Part shown: positions 10,580 through 21,673 of the stretch, piece after piece
Position numbering within the stretch: position 1 is the stretch's first letter
Layout of the letters: every line of letters begins with the position of its first letter
DNA from: Candidatus Latescibacterota bacterium
GTDB lineage: Bacteria; Latescibacterota; UBA2968; UBA8231
Assembly: GCA_965197905.1 (NCBI GenBank)
Contig: CBDAOB010000005.1
Span: 2,464,001 to 2,528,000, forward strand
DNA length: 64,000 nt
Direction: 5' to 3'
Translations under genes and position numbers: made by a program
The notes under the pieces: model-generated
Told to the model about the DNA's origin: nothing
Database searches by the model: none
What the model saw: only the letters and a program-made list of their open reading frames with translations

Positions 10580-11412
10580 TCATTTCCTCCGGGGTGGTGT
10601 ATTACGGGGCGAATCACCGAGTTTGACGGCGTGCTCGAATAGTCCCTGCTTGCGGTCGTTGGCGATTCCGGAATCCTTCAACAGATCTTCGACGACCCGT
10701 TGCAACGCCTCGGCAGCAGGTGAAGGTGGTGAAGCCAGAACAAAGGGTGTTTGGCGCTTGATCGACTCGCGCACATACCGATCTAACGGAATATAACCCC
10801 AACTGTCAATTTTCGCTCCCAGAAACCGCTCCACCAGCTCCTGGAATCGCTCGTGAAGCCCCGTTGCCTCTTCGGCGCTATCTGCCATGTTAACCAAGAG
10901 TTTAGCTTGTAGATTCGGGTTGACGCCCAAGAGCAGCTTGAGCGTTGCATAAGCGTCGGCGATCGCGGTCGGCTCCGGCGTCACGATGAGCACCGTTTGG
11001 TCGGCAGCACTGGCCAGATCGACTGCCGTGGACGGAATGCCGGCACCGGTGTCGACTATCATGATCTCGTTGGACCGTTCCAGAGCTGTCAGCCGCCTGA
11101 GATTCCCTGGGTCGAGGGGTGCGCCGAAATCGCGCATACGATCGGAAGCGGCAGGCAGATCGTCAAGCCTTCCGGTCCGCTCAAACGCGCATCCTCGACG
11201 GTGCACTCACCCGCGAGCACATTTTCGAGGGTTTCTTCCGGACTTGCACCGAGCAGCAGAGCGATATTGCCCAATCCCAGGTCGCCATCGACCAACAGGG
11301 TGTTCTTGCGCATTCGGGCCAGCGAAACGGCGAGGTTCAGGGCAATGCAGCTCTTTCCGACGCCGCCCTTACCGCTGGTGATCGCGATGCTTCGGGGCAT
11401 TTGCACACTCAT
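10580..11412 (-). pseudogene. flhG: MinD-like flagellar number regulator FlhG, 1-bp frameshift near 11158
   Basis: SGKGGVGKS Walker A in 11412-11089; IVDTGAG, TPEPTAIADAY in the next frame. Restoring one C gives LTILPAASD. Confidence 0.88.
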
Positions 11413-12629
11413 TTTCGAGGTTTCTTCCGTGTTGGAGTCGCCCCGACGATCTTGGCGATAGGCTTGCGAAAATCGCCCGCCTCGATCTGACCGGGAACTC
11501 CCGATCCGACGATGAAGTAGGAACCGGGAATTCCGCTCTCGATGGCGGCACTGACTACGGCACCTGGTCGGGCCGTTTGATCCAGCTTCGTGAATAGCAG
11601 CCGGCGTTCGGGAAACTGGTCACTGGTCTCGATCAGATCGAGCATGTGATCGAAGCCGGTCAAGCTATCGATGACCAGCTGAACCTCGTCGACACCAGCT
11701 GCCTCGAAAAGCCGTCGTTGGCGCTCACATTCCGCTGTTTGACCAGACCCGCACCCCGGGGGATCGATCAGGACCAATTGGGCATCACTGTGGCGCTCCA
11801 ACACCGCTTTGATCTCCTCCTCGGTGTGGGCGATTTCCAGCGGCACGCCAATTATTTCGGCAAAGGCTTTGGATTGATCCAGGGCGCCGACATGTTGATC
11901 ATCGGTTGTGACCCAGACGATTCGATGGCCGCGCTTGAGCGCGAACCCGGCTGCAATCTTGGCTGCCGCGGTAGTTTTTCCGGCTCCCGGAGGACCGAAA
12001 AATGCAACCACTTTTCGTTTCTTGCCTACGCGAATGTCCTTACATTTCGGGACCGCCGCCGACAGCAGGCTTGCAGCCTTGTCGGCCACTTGCTGCTGAT
12101 CGCGCAGCGCAGAGCCCGCCAGATCTTCCAGCATTCGCTGTAGGACGTCGTTGGCGACGCGTTCGGATATTCCCATGCTGGTCATTCGGCCCGATAACCG
12201 CTTGAGTTCGTCGGGAAGGGACACTTGAATGGAGGATCGACGCTCGACGCGATCCATTGCGCTCCGGAGCTCGCGCAGATTTTCCATCACCTCGCTGACG
12301 TCGGGGTCGCTCTTCGTCGGCGAAGGAGTCGGCGCAACCGGGATCGACACACCTGGCGCAGGAATCTCCGGTGTGGGCCTGTCGGCCAGGCGAGTTTCCA
12401 TCGAGCGCGCAAACCTTTGGGCTGCCAGATTCGCTGTCTTGGACGCTACCTCTTCGGTTGCCGAGTCGAAGGCGGCCGTGACTTCCACGCAGGGAGCACC
12501 ATCCAGATTGAAGCGGCTATTCTTTCTCAATTGCCGCGTGTTCAGGATGATGGCACCCTCGCCCAGGTCGTCACGGACCTGTTGCAGGGCTTCCGGCATG
12601 TTCCGGGCTATATATTTCTTGATCTTCAT
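11409..12629 (-). CDS. flhF: Flagellar biosynthesis SRP-family GTPase FlhF
   Basis: MKIKKY...EALQQVRDDLG..A.ILNTR, VEVTAA, GPPGAGKTT, FTKLD. Confidence 0.92.
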   Translation of the reverse strand: MKIKKYIARNMPEALQQVRDDLGEGAIILNTRQLRKNSRFNLDGAPCVEVTAAFDSATEEVASKTANLAAQRFARSMETRLADRPTPEIPAPGVSIPVAPTPSPTKSDPDVSEVMENLRELRSAMDRVERRSSIQVSLPDELKRLSGRMTSMGISERVANDVLQRMLEDLAGSALRDQQQVADKAASLLSAAVPKCKDIRVGKKRKVVAFFGPPGAGKTTAAAKIAAGFALKRGHRIVWVTTDDQHVGALDQSKAFAEIIGVPLEIAHTEEEIKAVLERHSDAQLVLIDPPGCGSGQTAECERQRRLFEAAGVDEVQLVIDSLTGFDHMLDLIETSDQFPERRLLFTKLDQTARPGAVVSAAIESGIPGSYFIVGSGVPGQIEAGDFRKPIAKIVGATPTRKKPRK

Positions 12630-14680
12630 ATTCGAGGGTTATGTTTCCGACGGAAGACACATCCACTTCCGGCACGATTTCGTTGTATGACAGGACGAAC
12701 AAACTCGGAAAATTAGCCGCCGTCAATTTGCGAAACGCCAGTCGAATCTGCGGTGATGCAAGCACCGCTGGCTGTTGCCCGTTGGCAACCATCTGGTCTA
12801 CCAGGCCGGTCATGCTCTGAAACAGCTGGCTGGCAACGTCCGGCGCGACGGCGACGGTCAGGCCTGTTGGCGTGGCCTGCACTGCCTCCTTTATCATTTC
12901 CTCCACCAGGGAGTCGATCGTGAGCACAGCTATGCCCTCGTCCGGCGACTCTTTCAACAACACGTTGCAGATCTGGCGTCGCAGCGCCGTGCGCACGTAT
13001 TCGGTGAGCACCTCGACGTCCTTGATCTCGCCATAATCTGCTAGCGTCTCGAGAATAGTTCGTAGATCGCGAATGGGAACGCGCTCGACCAAAAGGTTTT
13101 GCAGGACCCTTTGAACCTTGCCCAGCGGCATGATGTCGGGTATGAGCTCCTCGACGATGGCCGGGTGAGACTCCTTGAACTCATCCACCAGATGTTGCAC
13201 TTCCTGGCGCCCGAGCAACTCTCGCGCATGGGTATTCAAGACCTCGGTCAAGTGGGTAGCCAGCACGGCGACCGGCTCGACGACATTATACCCCAGGAGC
13301 TCTGCCTTCTCTCGAAGCGAAGGCACGACCCAGACGGCTGCGAGCCCGAACACCGGATCGGTGGTTTCCGAGCCTTCGATCGCATCCTCCGCGAAACCTG
13401 GGTTGATCGCCAACAGGTTCTTCGGCTGCAGCTCGCCCCGAGCGACAAGGTTGCCCTTCACGCGAATCTGGTATTCGGACGGCCCCAGCTCAGTACTGTC
13501 TCTAACCCGCACCTGGGGCGCGATGAATCCCATCTCCAAAGCAGCCACCTTGCGAATCTGGACGATGCGTTCGATCAGGTCGCCTCCCTGCTTGGCATCC
13601 ACCAGGGGCACGAGTTGGTAACCCACCTGGACCTCCAGCAGGTCGACCCGGAGGTAGTCTTCGGGACGTTCCTCAGGTTTTTCCTCTTCCTGGCGAACCT
13701 CCATTTCCATGGCCTTCCGTTGGGCATTGCTGCGGCGAACTAGAAGCGCCAGCCCCACAATCACCGATCCGATCAGCAAGAAGGGCCAGGTCGGCATGCC
13801 CGGGATGCAACCGAGACCGAACAACATGGCACCTGTGATCAATCCAGCCTGCGGTCGAGCCGTAAGCTGGCGATTGATGTCACGACCCATATTCTGGTCG
13901 GAAGAAGCCCGGGTAATAATGATGCCGGCCGAGGTAGAGGTGATCAGAGCTGGGATCTGCGTTACGAGACCGTCGCCAACTGTGAGCAGGGTATAGGTTT
14001 GGGCCGCGTCGGCGATGCTCATGCCGTGCTGCAAAATGCCGATGGCAAGCCCACCGATAATGTTTGATCAAGGTGATGAGAATGCCGGCGATCGCGTCAC
14101 CTCGCACGAATTTGCTGGCACCGTCCATGGAGCCGTAGAACTCCGCTTCCCGGGCAATATCTTCACGGCGTTTCCGCGCCGTCGTTTCGTCGATGAGTCC
14201 CGCATTCAGATCGGCATCGATCGCCATCTGCTTACCGGGCATGGCATCCAACGTGAAACGCGCCGCCACCTCGGCGACGCGGCCGGCGCCCTTCGTGATG
14301 ACGACGAACTGAATGATTATGACGATCACGAAGATGATAAACCCGAGAACGAAGTTGCCACTGACCACCACATCGCCGAATGCGGAGATGAGGCGACCGG
14401 CGTCGGCCTGACTGAGAATCAGACGGGTGGAGGCGACGTTCAGCGACAGTCGCGCCAGAGTGAGAATCAGCAGCAACCCGGGAAACACCGAGAATTCCAG
14501 CGGGGCGACAATGTATATGGTCATCATCAGGACGAGCAGCGCCACACTGATGTTACCCGTCAGCAAAAAATCCATGACATAGGTCGGCAACGGCACGATC
14601 ATCACTCCGAGAATGACGACTACGCCTACGGCCACCAGGACATCCGTGTGCCGCATCACCCTGCCAAAAAAACCGTTCAA
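12571..14680 (-). pseudogene. flhA: Flagellar export gate protein FlhA, +1 frameshift at 14063-14065
   Basis: [24 protein letters not shown] and [12 protein letters not shown], then a frame change; removing one A gives [11 protein letters not shown]...[15 protein letters not shown]. Confidence 0.93.
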
Positions 14681-14757
14681 ACCGTATTACCCCTATCGAT
14701 ATCTTCGATCATCTCAACGCACCGGCAATCCTCAAGAATCCGTGTTCCTTTTTGGTG

Positions 14758-15822
14758 TCACGCATTGCGCCGAAGCTGAAAAACGAATGCGAGCACTTCG
14801 GCAACCGCCTTGAAGAGATCCTCGGGGATCTCGTCACCTATGCGCACCGCTTTGAACAGCGCCCGCGCCAGCGGTTTGTTTTCCACCAGCGGCACGCCTG
14901 CCAGGCGCGCCAGCTCCTTGATCTTCTCGGCAATCAACCGCTGACCCTTGGCCACGACGACTGGCGCGGCCGACTCCTCCGGCGCGTAGCGCAAGGCTAC
15001 GGCCACATGCGTGGGATTGGTTACCACCACGTCGGCCTGGCCGACGTCGTCCATCATTCTTTTCTGCGCCAGCTCCCGCTGCAACGAGCGGACGCGGGCG
15101 CGAATCTGGGGATCCCCTTCCTGCTGTTTCAGCTCCTCCCTCACCTCGTGTCGGGTCATGCGCAGATTCTTTTCGTGGTCCCAACGTTGAAAGGCATAGT
15201 CCAAAATGGCCAGAAGCAGGAGAACGATGCAGATTCGAAACCCCAGCGTCATCAACACGCTGCTGCTGGAGGCGAGGATCTGCGGGACGCCGCTATCGAC
15301 CAGCGCGATGAGGTTGTTCATCTCACCGGCGATGGTCCAATAGGTGATCGCGGTCACCACCGCCACCTTGAATAACCCTTTGGCCAGCTCCACCAGTCCG
15401 CGGCTGGAGAATATCCGCTTCAACCCCGAAAGTGGACTGATTCGGTTCGCTTTCGGTTCCAGGGGCGTTAGGGTGAAGATAACCCCCACCTGGGCGTAGT
15501 TGATAGCCAACGCCGCGGCCACGAGCAACGCGACGAAAGGCAAAACGATACGCACGTAGCTGGCTGCCCAGGTCAGGAGGTAAGTAGGTAGGTTCAAGGC
15601 GTTCAATTGCACCGAAAATCCGTCGGTGAACATGCTGACCATGAAACCTGTGAGGTTATTGTAGACGTAGGAGCTCAGACTTACCATGGCCAGCAGCCCT
15701 GACACAAGTATGGCCAGCGAACTCAGCTCTGCGCTCCTGGCCACCTGGCCTTTACGTCGGGATTCCTCGCGGCGCTTGGGAGTCGCTTGCTCCGTCTTCT
15801 CCTGAAAGGATTCTTCAGCCAT
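14758..15822 (-). CDS. flhB: Flagellar export switch protein FlhB
   Basis: EKTEQATPKR, EGDPQIR, NPTH autocleavage motif. Confidence 0.96.
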   Translation of the reverse strand: MAEESFQEKTEQATPKRREESRRKGQVARSAELSSLAILVSGLLAMVSLSSYVYNNLTGFMVSMFTDGFSVQLNALNLPTYLLTWAASYVRIVLPFVALLVAAALAINYAQVGVIFTLTPLEPKANRISPLSGLKRIFSSRGLVELAKGLFKVAVVTAITYWTIAGEMNNLIALVDSGVPQILASSSSVLMTLGFRICIVLLLLAILDYAFQRWDHEKNLRMTRHEVREELKQQEGDPQIRARVRSLQRELAQKRMMDDVGQADVVVTNPTHVAVALRYAPEESAAPVVVAKGQRLIAEKIKELARLAGVPLVENKPLARALFKAVRIGDEIPEDLFKAVAEVLAFVFQLRRNA

Positions 15823-15830
15823 TACGGCAC

Positions 15831-16598
15831 CTAGAAAAAGCCGATCAACGCAAACATGTTGCGTTCGAGCGTATCGAGTGACTTGTTCATCAGAATGAGA
15901 AACAGGGGCAGTGAGCTGACGAGTACGAGGGACCCCACGGTGATCTGCACGGGAAAACCGACGAGGAACACGTTCATCTGCGGTACGGTTCGCGCCAGAA
16001 CTCCCATGGCTACCGAGATCATCAGCAGAGAAATCATAACCGGCGCCGCGATTTTTAATGCGACGATGAAGATCTCGCTAGACAACGCGATCAGTTTGTG
16101 AATTATGATCTCAGGAAACTGAACCCCGCCCAATGGAACGACCTCAAAGCTGCTGATCAATCCCCGAATTATAAGCAGATGCCCATCAACTGTTAACACG
16201 ATCAAAATCGCCAGGATGCTCATGAACTGGCCAATGATGGAGACCTGCTCACTGGATTGGGGATCGACGACGTTGACGATGCCAAAACCCATTTGGAAAC
16301 CCATCATCTGACCGGCGAATTGAACGGCAACGAAGAACAACAACACGGAAAATCCGAGGATCAGACCCATGAATATCTCGCGGATGACCATGATGGCATA
16401 AGGCAGGAATCCGTCCGGAATGTGCAGGGATTCCGCGTCCACCATGGGAAAGACCACAAACGAGATGACGACTGCCAAACCAATCTTCGACCGCGCCAGG
16501 TAGTTGCGGTGGCCGAACAGTGGCGCCACGATGAGAAGAGCGCTTACGCGCAGAAGAATCAGTAGAAAGACGTGAAACTCGTTAAGCCAGTATTCCAC
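15831..16598 (-). CDS. fliR: Flagellar biosynthesis protein FliR
   Basis: AGQMMGFQMGFG, VDGHLL, RTVPQMNVFLVGFP. Confidence 0.95.
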   Translation of the reverse strand: MEYWLNEFHVFLLILLRVSALLIVAPLFGHRNYLARSKIGLAVVISFVVFPMVDAESLHIPDGFLPYAIMVIREIFMGLILGFSVLLFFVAVQFAGQMMGFQMGFGIVNVVDPQSSEQVSIIGQFMSILAILIVLTVDGHLLIIRGLISSFEVVPLGGVQFPEIIIHKLIALSSEIFIVALKIAAPVMISLLMISVAMGVLARTVPQMNVFLVGFPVQITVGSLVLVSSLPLFLILMNKSLDTLERNMFALIGFF

Positions 16599-16605
16599 TT
16601 TACGC

Positions 16606-16863
16606 TCACCCTACAACAGTTGGAATACTGCTCAGAATGCCGACGGTGAAATCGACCATTTTGCGAATCATCCACGGCAGCATGAACATAAGTACGGCGG
16701 CGACAGCCAGAATCTTGGGAATGAAGGTCAACGTCATCTCGTGGACCTGGGTTACCGCCTGGAAGATGCTGACAACGAGGGCTACGACCAACAGCGGGCC
16801 GGCGACATACAAGACGGTCATCAGTGCATGCTGACCGAGTTGGATGGCGTATTCAGGTGTCAT
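16606..16863 (-). CDS. fliQ: Flagellar biosynthesis protein FliQ (possible 4-aa in-frame deletion)
   Basis: SIFQAVTQVHEMTLTFIPK, LPWM. Confidence 0.93.
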   Translation of the reverse strand: MTPEYAIQLGQHALMTVLYVAGPLLVVALVVSIFQAVTQVHEMTLTFIPKILAVAAVLMFMLPWMIRKMVDFTVGILSSIPTVVG

Positions 16864-16879
16864 TGCCCGTCTCCCTGGT

Positions 16880-17674
16880 TCAGTTGAAGCTCCTCACGAC
16901 GGATTGAACGATTAGGTTCCAGCCGTCGACGAGCACGAAGAGCAAAATCTTGAATGGCAGCGAAACCATGATCGGGGGCAACATCATCATACCCATCGAA
17001 AGTAGAATACTGGCGACCACCAGATCGATCACGAGAAACGGTACGAAAAGGATGAATCCGATCTGAAACGCCGTCCTGAGCTCGCTGATAATGAAACTTG
17101 GAATCAACACGGAATTCGGAATTTCGCTGCGGGTTTTCGGTTGGGAGATTTTTGCCATGCGGATGAACAGAGCCATGTCCTTCTGGCGCGTCTGTTTCAT
17201 CATGAAATCACGCATCGGCTCCATGCCGCGATCCAGCGCCTCTTGATACGGTATTTCCTCGGCGATCAGGGGTTGAATGGCGTGATCGTTGACTTGGTCC
17301 CAAACCGGAGCCATTACGAAAAACGACAGGAACAGCGAGAGACCGATCAGGAGCTGATTCGGTGGCATCTGCTGAATTCCCAGGGCGGATCGGAGGAAGG
17401 ACAACACCACGAGTATCCGGGTGAACGAGGTCATCATGATCAGAATCGAAGGAGCCAGCGAGAGAATCGTCAGCAGGAAGATGATCTGCAGCGAGACGGC
17501 CGCATCTCCTCCCGATGCCGCCTCTTCCACCTGGAGGCTGATCTTCGGTAGTATTTGAGCTTCCAGCCCGGTGAACGGCGTACACAGAAACAGTATGCCC
17601 AGAGGCCAGATCCACCGTCGGTGCCGTGACCGCGACTCTTGGCGCCTGGGAGTGGCGGGATCAGGAATCGCCAT
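16880..17674 (-). CDS. fliP: Flagellar export protein FliP
   Basis: [43 protein letters not shown] at 17674. Confidence 0.95.
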   Translation of the reverse strand: MAIPDPATPRRQESRSRHRRWIWPLGILFLCTPFTGLEAQILPKISLQVEEAASGGDAAVSLQIIFLLTILSLAPSILIMMTSFTRILVVLSFLRSALGIQQMPPNQLLIGLSLFLSFFVMAPVWDQVNDHAIQPLIAEEIPYQEALDRGMEPMRDFMMKQTRQKDMALFIRMAKISQPKTRSEIPNSVLIPSFIISELRTAFQIGFILFVPFLVIDLVVASILLSMGMMMLPPIMVSLPFKILLFVLVDGWNLIVQSVVRSFN

Positions 17675-18241
17675 TCTTGCCGCCTTCCGATCTGTTCTGC
17701 AGCTGCCCGAGTACGTTCTTGAACTGGCCGCCGAGCGAAATCTCGCCTTCCGGTGGCGAGTCAATTTCAATTCTCCCGGTTGCCATTGCCCCAACAGCGC
17801 GATTTGTGCCTCCGCGACCCCAACCGCAAGCGTATGTTCGCCAATGTCGACCAGATAGATCGCTTTCTTGGGACCCAGGAAAGCGCGCTCTTTGACGCGA
17901 ATACAACCGCTTCCGCCACCCAGTTGCTGCCCGAGCGAACTCTTTCGCAACAGGAATACGGCGCCCCACGCCAAGGCAATAACCGCGGTCAGACCCACAC
18001 CGAGCTTGAACATGAGACTCCAGTAGGAGTCCACCCCCTCGTCGGTGTCCGCCAGGTGCAATAGCGTTGAATCGTTCTTTAAGGAGTCGGAAGGTGCCGG
18101 AGTAACCTCGGCAACCGCTTCTGTGACTCCCGCCGGGGCGGTCGGCGCCTGCATGGTTGCTTCGCCCTGCGCCTGCAGGGGAAAAAACCAGAGGGCACAC
18201 GCGAAACCCGCTGGCAGCAAATGCCGACGTGATCGCTTCAT
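17661..18241 (-). pseudogene. fliO: Flagellar protein FliO; a 1-bp deletion near 17762 reads it into the fliP frame
   Basis: TM followed by [21 protein letters not shown]; the natural C-terminus [17 protein letters not shown]...NGDS* lies in another frame. Confidence 0.8.
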
Positions 18242-18298
18242 CTCGAGTGATTCCCTTTTTTGTCTCTGTGGTCTCTGAACCAACAAGGGACCCATCGA

Positions 18299-18313
18299 GC
18301 AACATATATGCCA
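18299..18313 (-). promoter_or_regulatory. sigma54 (-24/-12) promoter upstream of fliO
   Basis: TGGCATATATGTTGC: GG-N10-GC spacing, ~60 nt upstream of the fliO start, in an intergenic gap. Confidence 0.75.
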
Positions 18314-18483
18314 TGGAAAAAGAAAAAGAGCAGGCCTGTAAAGACCTGCTCCGGCGGAGCATTTTGGTATGGAAGAGAATCTAGAGTGGGAAAATAGTGC
18401 CCGGAAGAGGAAAATTCATCCGCTGGCAGCCGGAATCACGCAACTCCATTGGACTGCCCTGTCCCCACTCTATAAGTTATTGT

Positions 18484-19103
18484 TTATAATTGATTAATAG
18501 GCGTAACCAGCTCCGTGACCCGGACTCCGAAGTTCTCCGACACGGTGACCACCTCGCCGCGGGCGAAGAGGCGTCCGTTGACCAGGATATCCACGGGATC
18601 CCCCACCTGCTTGTCCAGCTCCACCAGCGATTGCTCGCCCATGTCGGTCACGTCTTCGAGGGTCTTTCGGGTTCGACCGAGCTCGATGGACACCATAAGA
18701 TTTACGTCCATGAGGCGTGCTACGTTGGGAGAAACTCCCGCACCGGCAACCATGGCGCCGCCTGCGTCGCCACCCATGCCACCCCCGGCTCTCCGCCCTC
18801 CTCCTCCATGGCTTTGAGCATTTCGGACTCCATCATGCGCTCCACATCCTCCTGGGAGCTCATGTCATCGCCACCGTCGGTCTCGTCCTCCATCATTCGC
18901 AGCATTTCCTCTGCGAGCGGATCGAGATCTCCGTCTTCGCCGGCCTCGCCGTCTTCGTCCCCGCCGCTTACAGCTTCCTCGAGGGCCTCCATTTCGTCGG
19001 CAACGTCTTCGCCACCCTCGTCACCATCCTCTTCTTCTTCGCTGGCCTCTTCCAGGGATTCTTCCAGGTCGTCGCCCTCATGTACTTCGTCTTCTTCGGC
19101 CAT
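18484..19103 (-). pseudogene. fliN: Flagellar motor switch FliN with long acidic N-terminus, frameshifted at ~18782-18795
   Basis: Acidic N-terminal part 19103-18790; SpoA domain LMDVNLMVSIELG...GEVVTVSENFGVRVT in the next frame. Confidence 0.85.
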
Positions 19104-19152
19104 GTCTATATCCTTCTGTGGGTCGCTAGGCTATCTGGCGTTGCCGCTTTTT

Positions 19153-20220
19153 CTAAACCGCGGGAACCGGACGGCTGCGATCCTTGTGCAATTCCTCGTT
19201 AGAGTGATCTACGTACCTGCTTATCTGGACCGCGTTCTTGCGTCCAACCCGACCCGGCCGGCCCAGGAACTTCGGCTCTTCGTTGACGTAGAGGACCGTC
19301 GGCTCATCGATCTCGGTGTCCAGGCGCATGACGTCGCCCACCTGAAGCTCCTGAAGTTCGCGAAACGTCGCTGAACCGCGGGCAAGTTCGGCCCTCAGGG
19401 GAACGTGGGTCTTGCGTAGGCGCGCGCGGTTCATCTGCACCAGCTCGTCTTTGTTCATGCGGTTCGTGCGCACGTAACTCTGTTGACCCAGCCGGGGAAG
19501 AATGGACTCCAGCGTGAAGAAGGGATAGCAGAGACTCACCAGGCCGGAGGCATTGGTGGAGTTCACCTCGAATGCCAAAAGAATGACGATTTCGCTTGCC
19601 GCGGTGATCTGCATGAATTCAGGATTGGTTTCCAGCTCAATATCGGTCACCTCTACTCGCAGAATCGGCTCCCAGGTCGCTTCAAGATCTTCGATGACAC
19701 GTTTGACGATGCGATGAATCACACCGACCTCGATCGGCGTCAGGGTTCGTGCCTCCACTCCCTGGGATGAGCCCTTTCCACCGAAGATCCGATCGACGAA
19801 AGCGAAGGTAACCGGCATGGCGAAATCGATGATCGCCTGACCATTGGTCGGCCCCAGGGTAAACTGGTAGGAACACGACGGGTTCGAGAGCGACATGATG
19901 AACTCGGCATACGTGGTCTGATCAACGAACGCCGTGTCCACATCCACCACCGCGCGCATGGCGCCGGAGAATGTCGAACTCAGCAACCGCGCGAAGTTGT
20001 CGTGCAGATTCTCCAGGGTGCGAAGCTGATCTTTGTTGACCCGCGCCGGATGTTTGAAGTCGTAGCTGGTGACTATGCGCTGCGACGCAGCCTCTTCTAG
20101 GCCGGCATCTCCGCCACCGCCACCACCCATCGCGTCACCACCACCTCCACCACCGGCGTCGTCTCCTTCGGTTGCCGAGAGCAGGGCATCTATTTCGTCC
20201 TGAGAGAGAATATCGGCCAT
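19153..20220 (-). CDS. fliM: Flagellar motor switch protein FliM
   Basis: ILSQDEIDALL CheY-binding peptide, YDFKHP, LCYP. Confidence 0.96.
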   Translation of the reverse strand: MADILSQDEIDALLSATEGDDAGGGGGGDAMGGGGGGDAGLEEAASQRIVTSYDFKHPARVNKDQLRTLENLHDNFARLLSSTFSGAMRAVVDVDTAFVDQTTYAEFIMSLSNPSCSYQFTLGPTNGQAIIDFAMPVTFAFVDRIFGGKGSSQGVEARTLTPIEVGVIHRIVKRVIEDLEATWEPILRVEVTDIELETNPEFMQITAASEIVILLAFEVNSTNASGLVSLCYPFFTLESILPRLGQQSYVRTNRMNKDELVQMNRARLRKTHVPLRAELARGSATFRELQELQVGDVMRLDTEIDEPTVLYVNEEPKFLGRPGRVGRKNAVQISRYVDHSNEELHKDRSRPVPAV

Positions 20221-20229
20221 AGTTCTACC

Positions 20230-20853
20230 CTATTGTATGATGATGCTAGAGAATTCCACCTGGTCGACGACAACCTGCACCTTGTTGGTGTCATCGATCT
20301 TGAACAGCTTCGAAAACAGATCCGTGTTCAGCTTCTTTTTTATCTCGTCCTTCACCTCGTCGACAAACCCGCTCTCCAGCTGATCGATCGTCTTGGAGCG
20401 AACGATGCTTATGGAGATCGCTCTGATCCGTTGGGTATACTGCGCGAGTTTGGTGTTAACCGGTTCGTTTTCCGCCAGGCCTCCAGTGATATCGTCGCCG
20501 CTTTCCGTATCGGTCGCCCGCAGCCCGAGTATGACGCTCAGGACCACGAATCGCTCGGCGTTGGTACCCGCCGGATTCGCGGGGATATCCATCAAATCCG
20601 GAGACTGGAAGTAGTACGGCAGCGCATTGTCGACGCTCTCGTCCAGTTGGCCGGCTGCAGCCTGTTCTTGAGGAAACAGCTCCTCCTGCTCGTCCTCTGG
20701 CGCATTGTCCTTTAGCGTTACCTGGATGACGACCCAGGCCAGCACCACTTGGGCCAGCAGGACGATCGCTGCCAGCGGGCCGTACTTTTTCAGGGCACTG
20801 CCGCCGCCTCCGCCGCCGCCTCCACCTTCTTCTTCTGCAGCTTCCTCAGCCAT
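20230..20853 (-). CDS. fliL: Flagellar basal-body-associated protein FliL
   Basis: N-terminal TM, ANPAGT..RF, C-terminal IIIQ; position between motB and fliM. Confidence 0.85.
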   Translation of the reverse strand: MAEEAAEEEGGGGGGGGGSALKKYGPLAAIVLLAQVVLAWVVIQVTLKDNAPEDEQEELFPQEQAAAGQLDESVDNALPYYFQSPDLMDIPANPAGTNAERFVVLSVILGLRATDTESGDDITGGLAENEPVNTKLAQYTQRIRAISISIVRSKTIDQLESGFVDEVKDEIKKKLNTDLFSKLFKIDDTNKVQVVVDQVEFSSIIIQ

Positions 20854-20877
20854 TCCGATGCCTTCCTTCCGATTGTA

Positions 20878-21657
20878 TCACTCTTCCCCTCGCACTCCCA
20901 GTTCTGCTTCCTGCAGGAATTTCTCCACGCCCTCCTTGGACACGTCCTCTTCGTCTTCGTCGAAGCGTATCTTGATCTCGACCCGGCGATTCTGCGATCT
21001 GTTTTCCGGCGGGTCGTTCTCTACCAACGGTTTGAACTGACCGTGCCCCACCGCCGACAAACGCCGCGGCTCGATGCCCACCTCACCGGCGAATACATCG
21101 AGCACCTGCAAGGCACGAGCGCTGGAGAGCCAGTGATTGTTGCCGAACTCATCGTTCGAGATCGGAACGTTGTCCGTGTGTCCCTCTATTTCGACGGCGT
21201 TTGGCATGCGGCTTATGACAGCACCGATGGTATTCAACAGCGGCAAAATCTCCGGCTTGAGATCGGCCTTTCCGGTATCGAACAACGCCTGGTCTCGTAT
21301 GCGAATGATGACCCCTTCCGGCCCCTGCATAACCTCTACATTTTCCTTTTGGTCCTGCGCTTCGATCTCCTGCTCAATCTCGGCTTGGGCATCCTTCATC
21401 GTCGGACGTGCTTCGGTGATATCGCCCCTGACGATCGGCACATGCATCTTGATCGGCGAGGTCATGATCGGCTCGCCCGCGAGCACGCCAAGAGCGCCCT
21501 GCAGGGCACCGATCGCCTTTTCAAAGTCTTCCTGCGACGTGGTCGAAAATGACAGCAATAGTACGAAAAAGGTCAGCAGCAACGACATGAGATCACTGAA
21601 CGTCGTGATCCATGCAGGCATTGACTTGCAATCAGGACACTTTTGCTGCTTTGCCAT
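20878..21657 (-). CDS. motB: Stator protein MotB (PomB/MotS-like)
   Basis: WITTFSDLMSLLLTFFVLL TM with the conserved Asp; OmpA-like domain EGHTDN...LSSARA...NRRVEI. Confidence 0.95.
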   Translation of the reverse strand: MAKQQKCPDCKSMPAWITTFSDLMSLLLTFFVLLLSFSTTSQEDFEKAIGALQGALGVLAGEPIMTSPIKMHVPIVRGDITEARPTMKDAQAEIEQEIEAQDQKENVEVMQGPEGVIIRIRDQALFDTGKADLKPEILPLLNTIGAVISRMPNAVEIEGHTDNVPISNDEFGNNHWLSSARALQVLDVFAGEVGIEPRRLSAVGHGQFKPLVENDPPENRSQNRRVEIKIRFDEDEEDVSKEGVEKFLQEAELGVRGEE

Positions 21658-21673
21658 GGCGTGAAACCGTCAG

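Noticed and set aside
12571..12629. 59-nt overlap of the flhA end with the flhF start
   Set aside because: Could be a lost TAA or a normal overlap; cannot be decided and has little effect
20105..20830. GGC/GGT-rich tracts in fliM and fliL
   Set aside because: Impure codon repeats encoding poly-Gly linkers; not arrays or contingency loci
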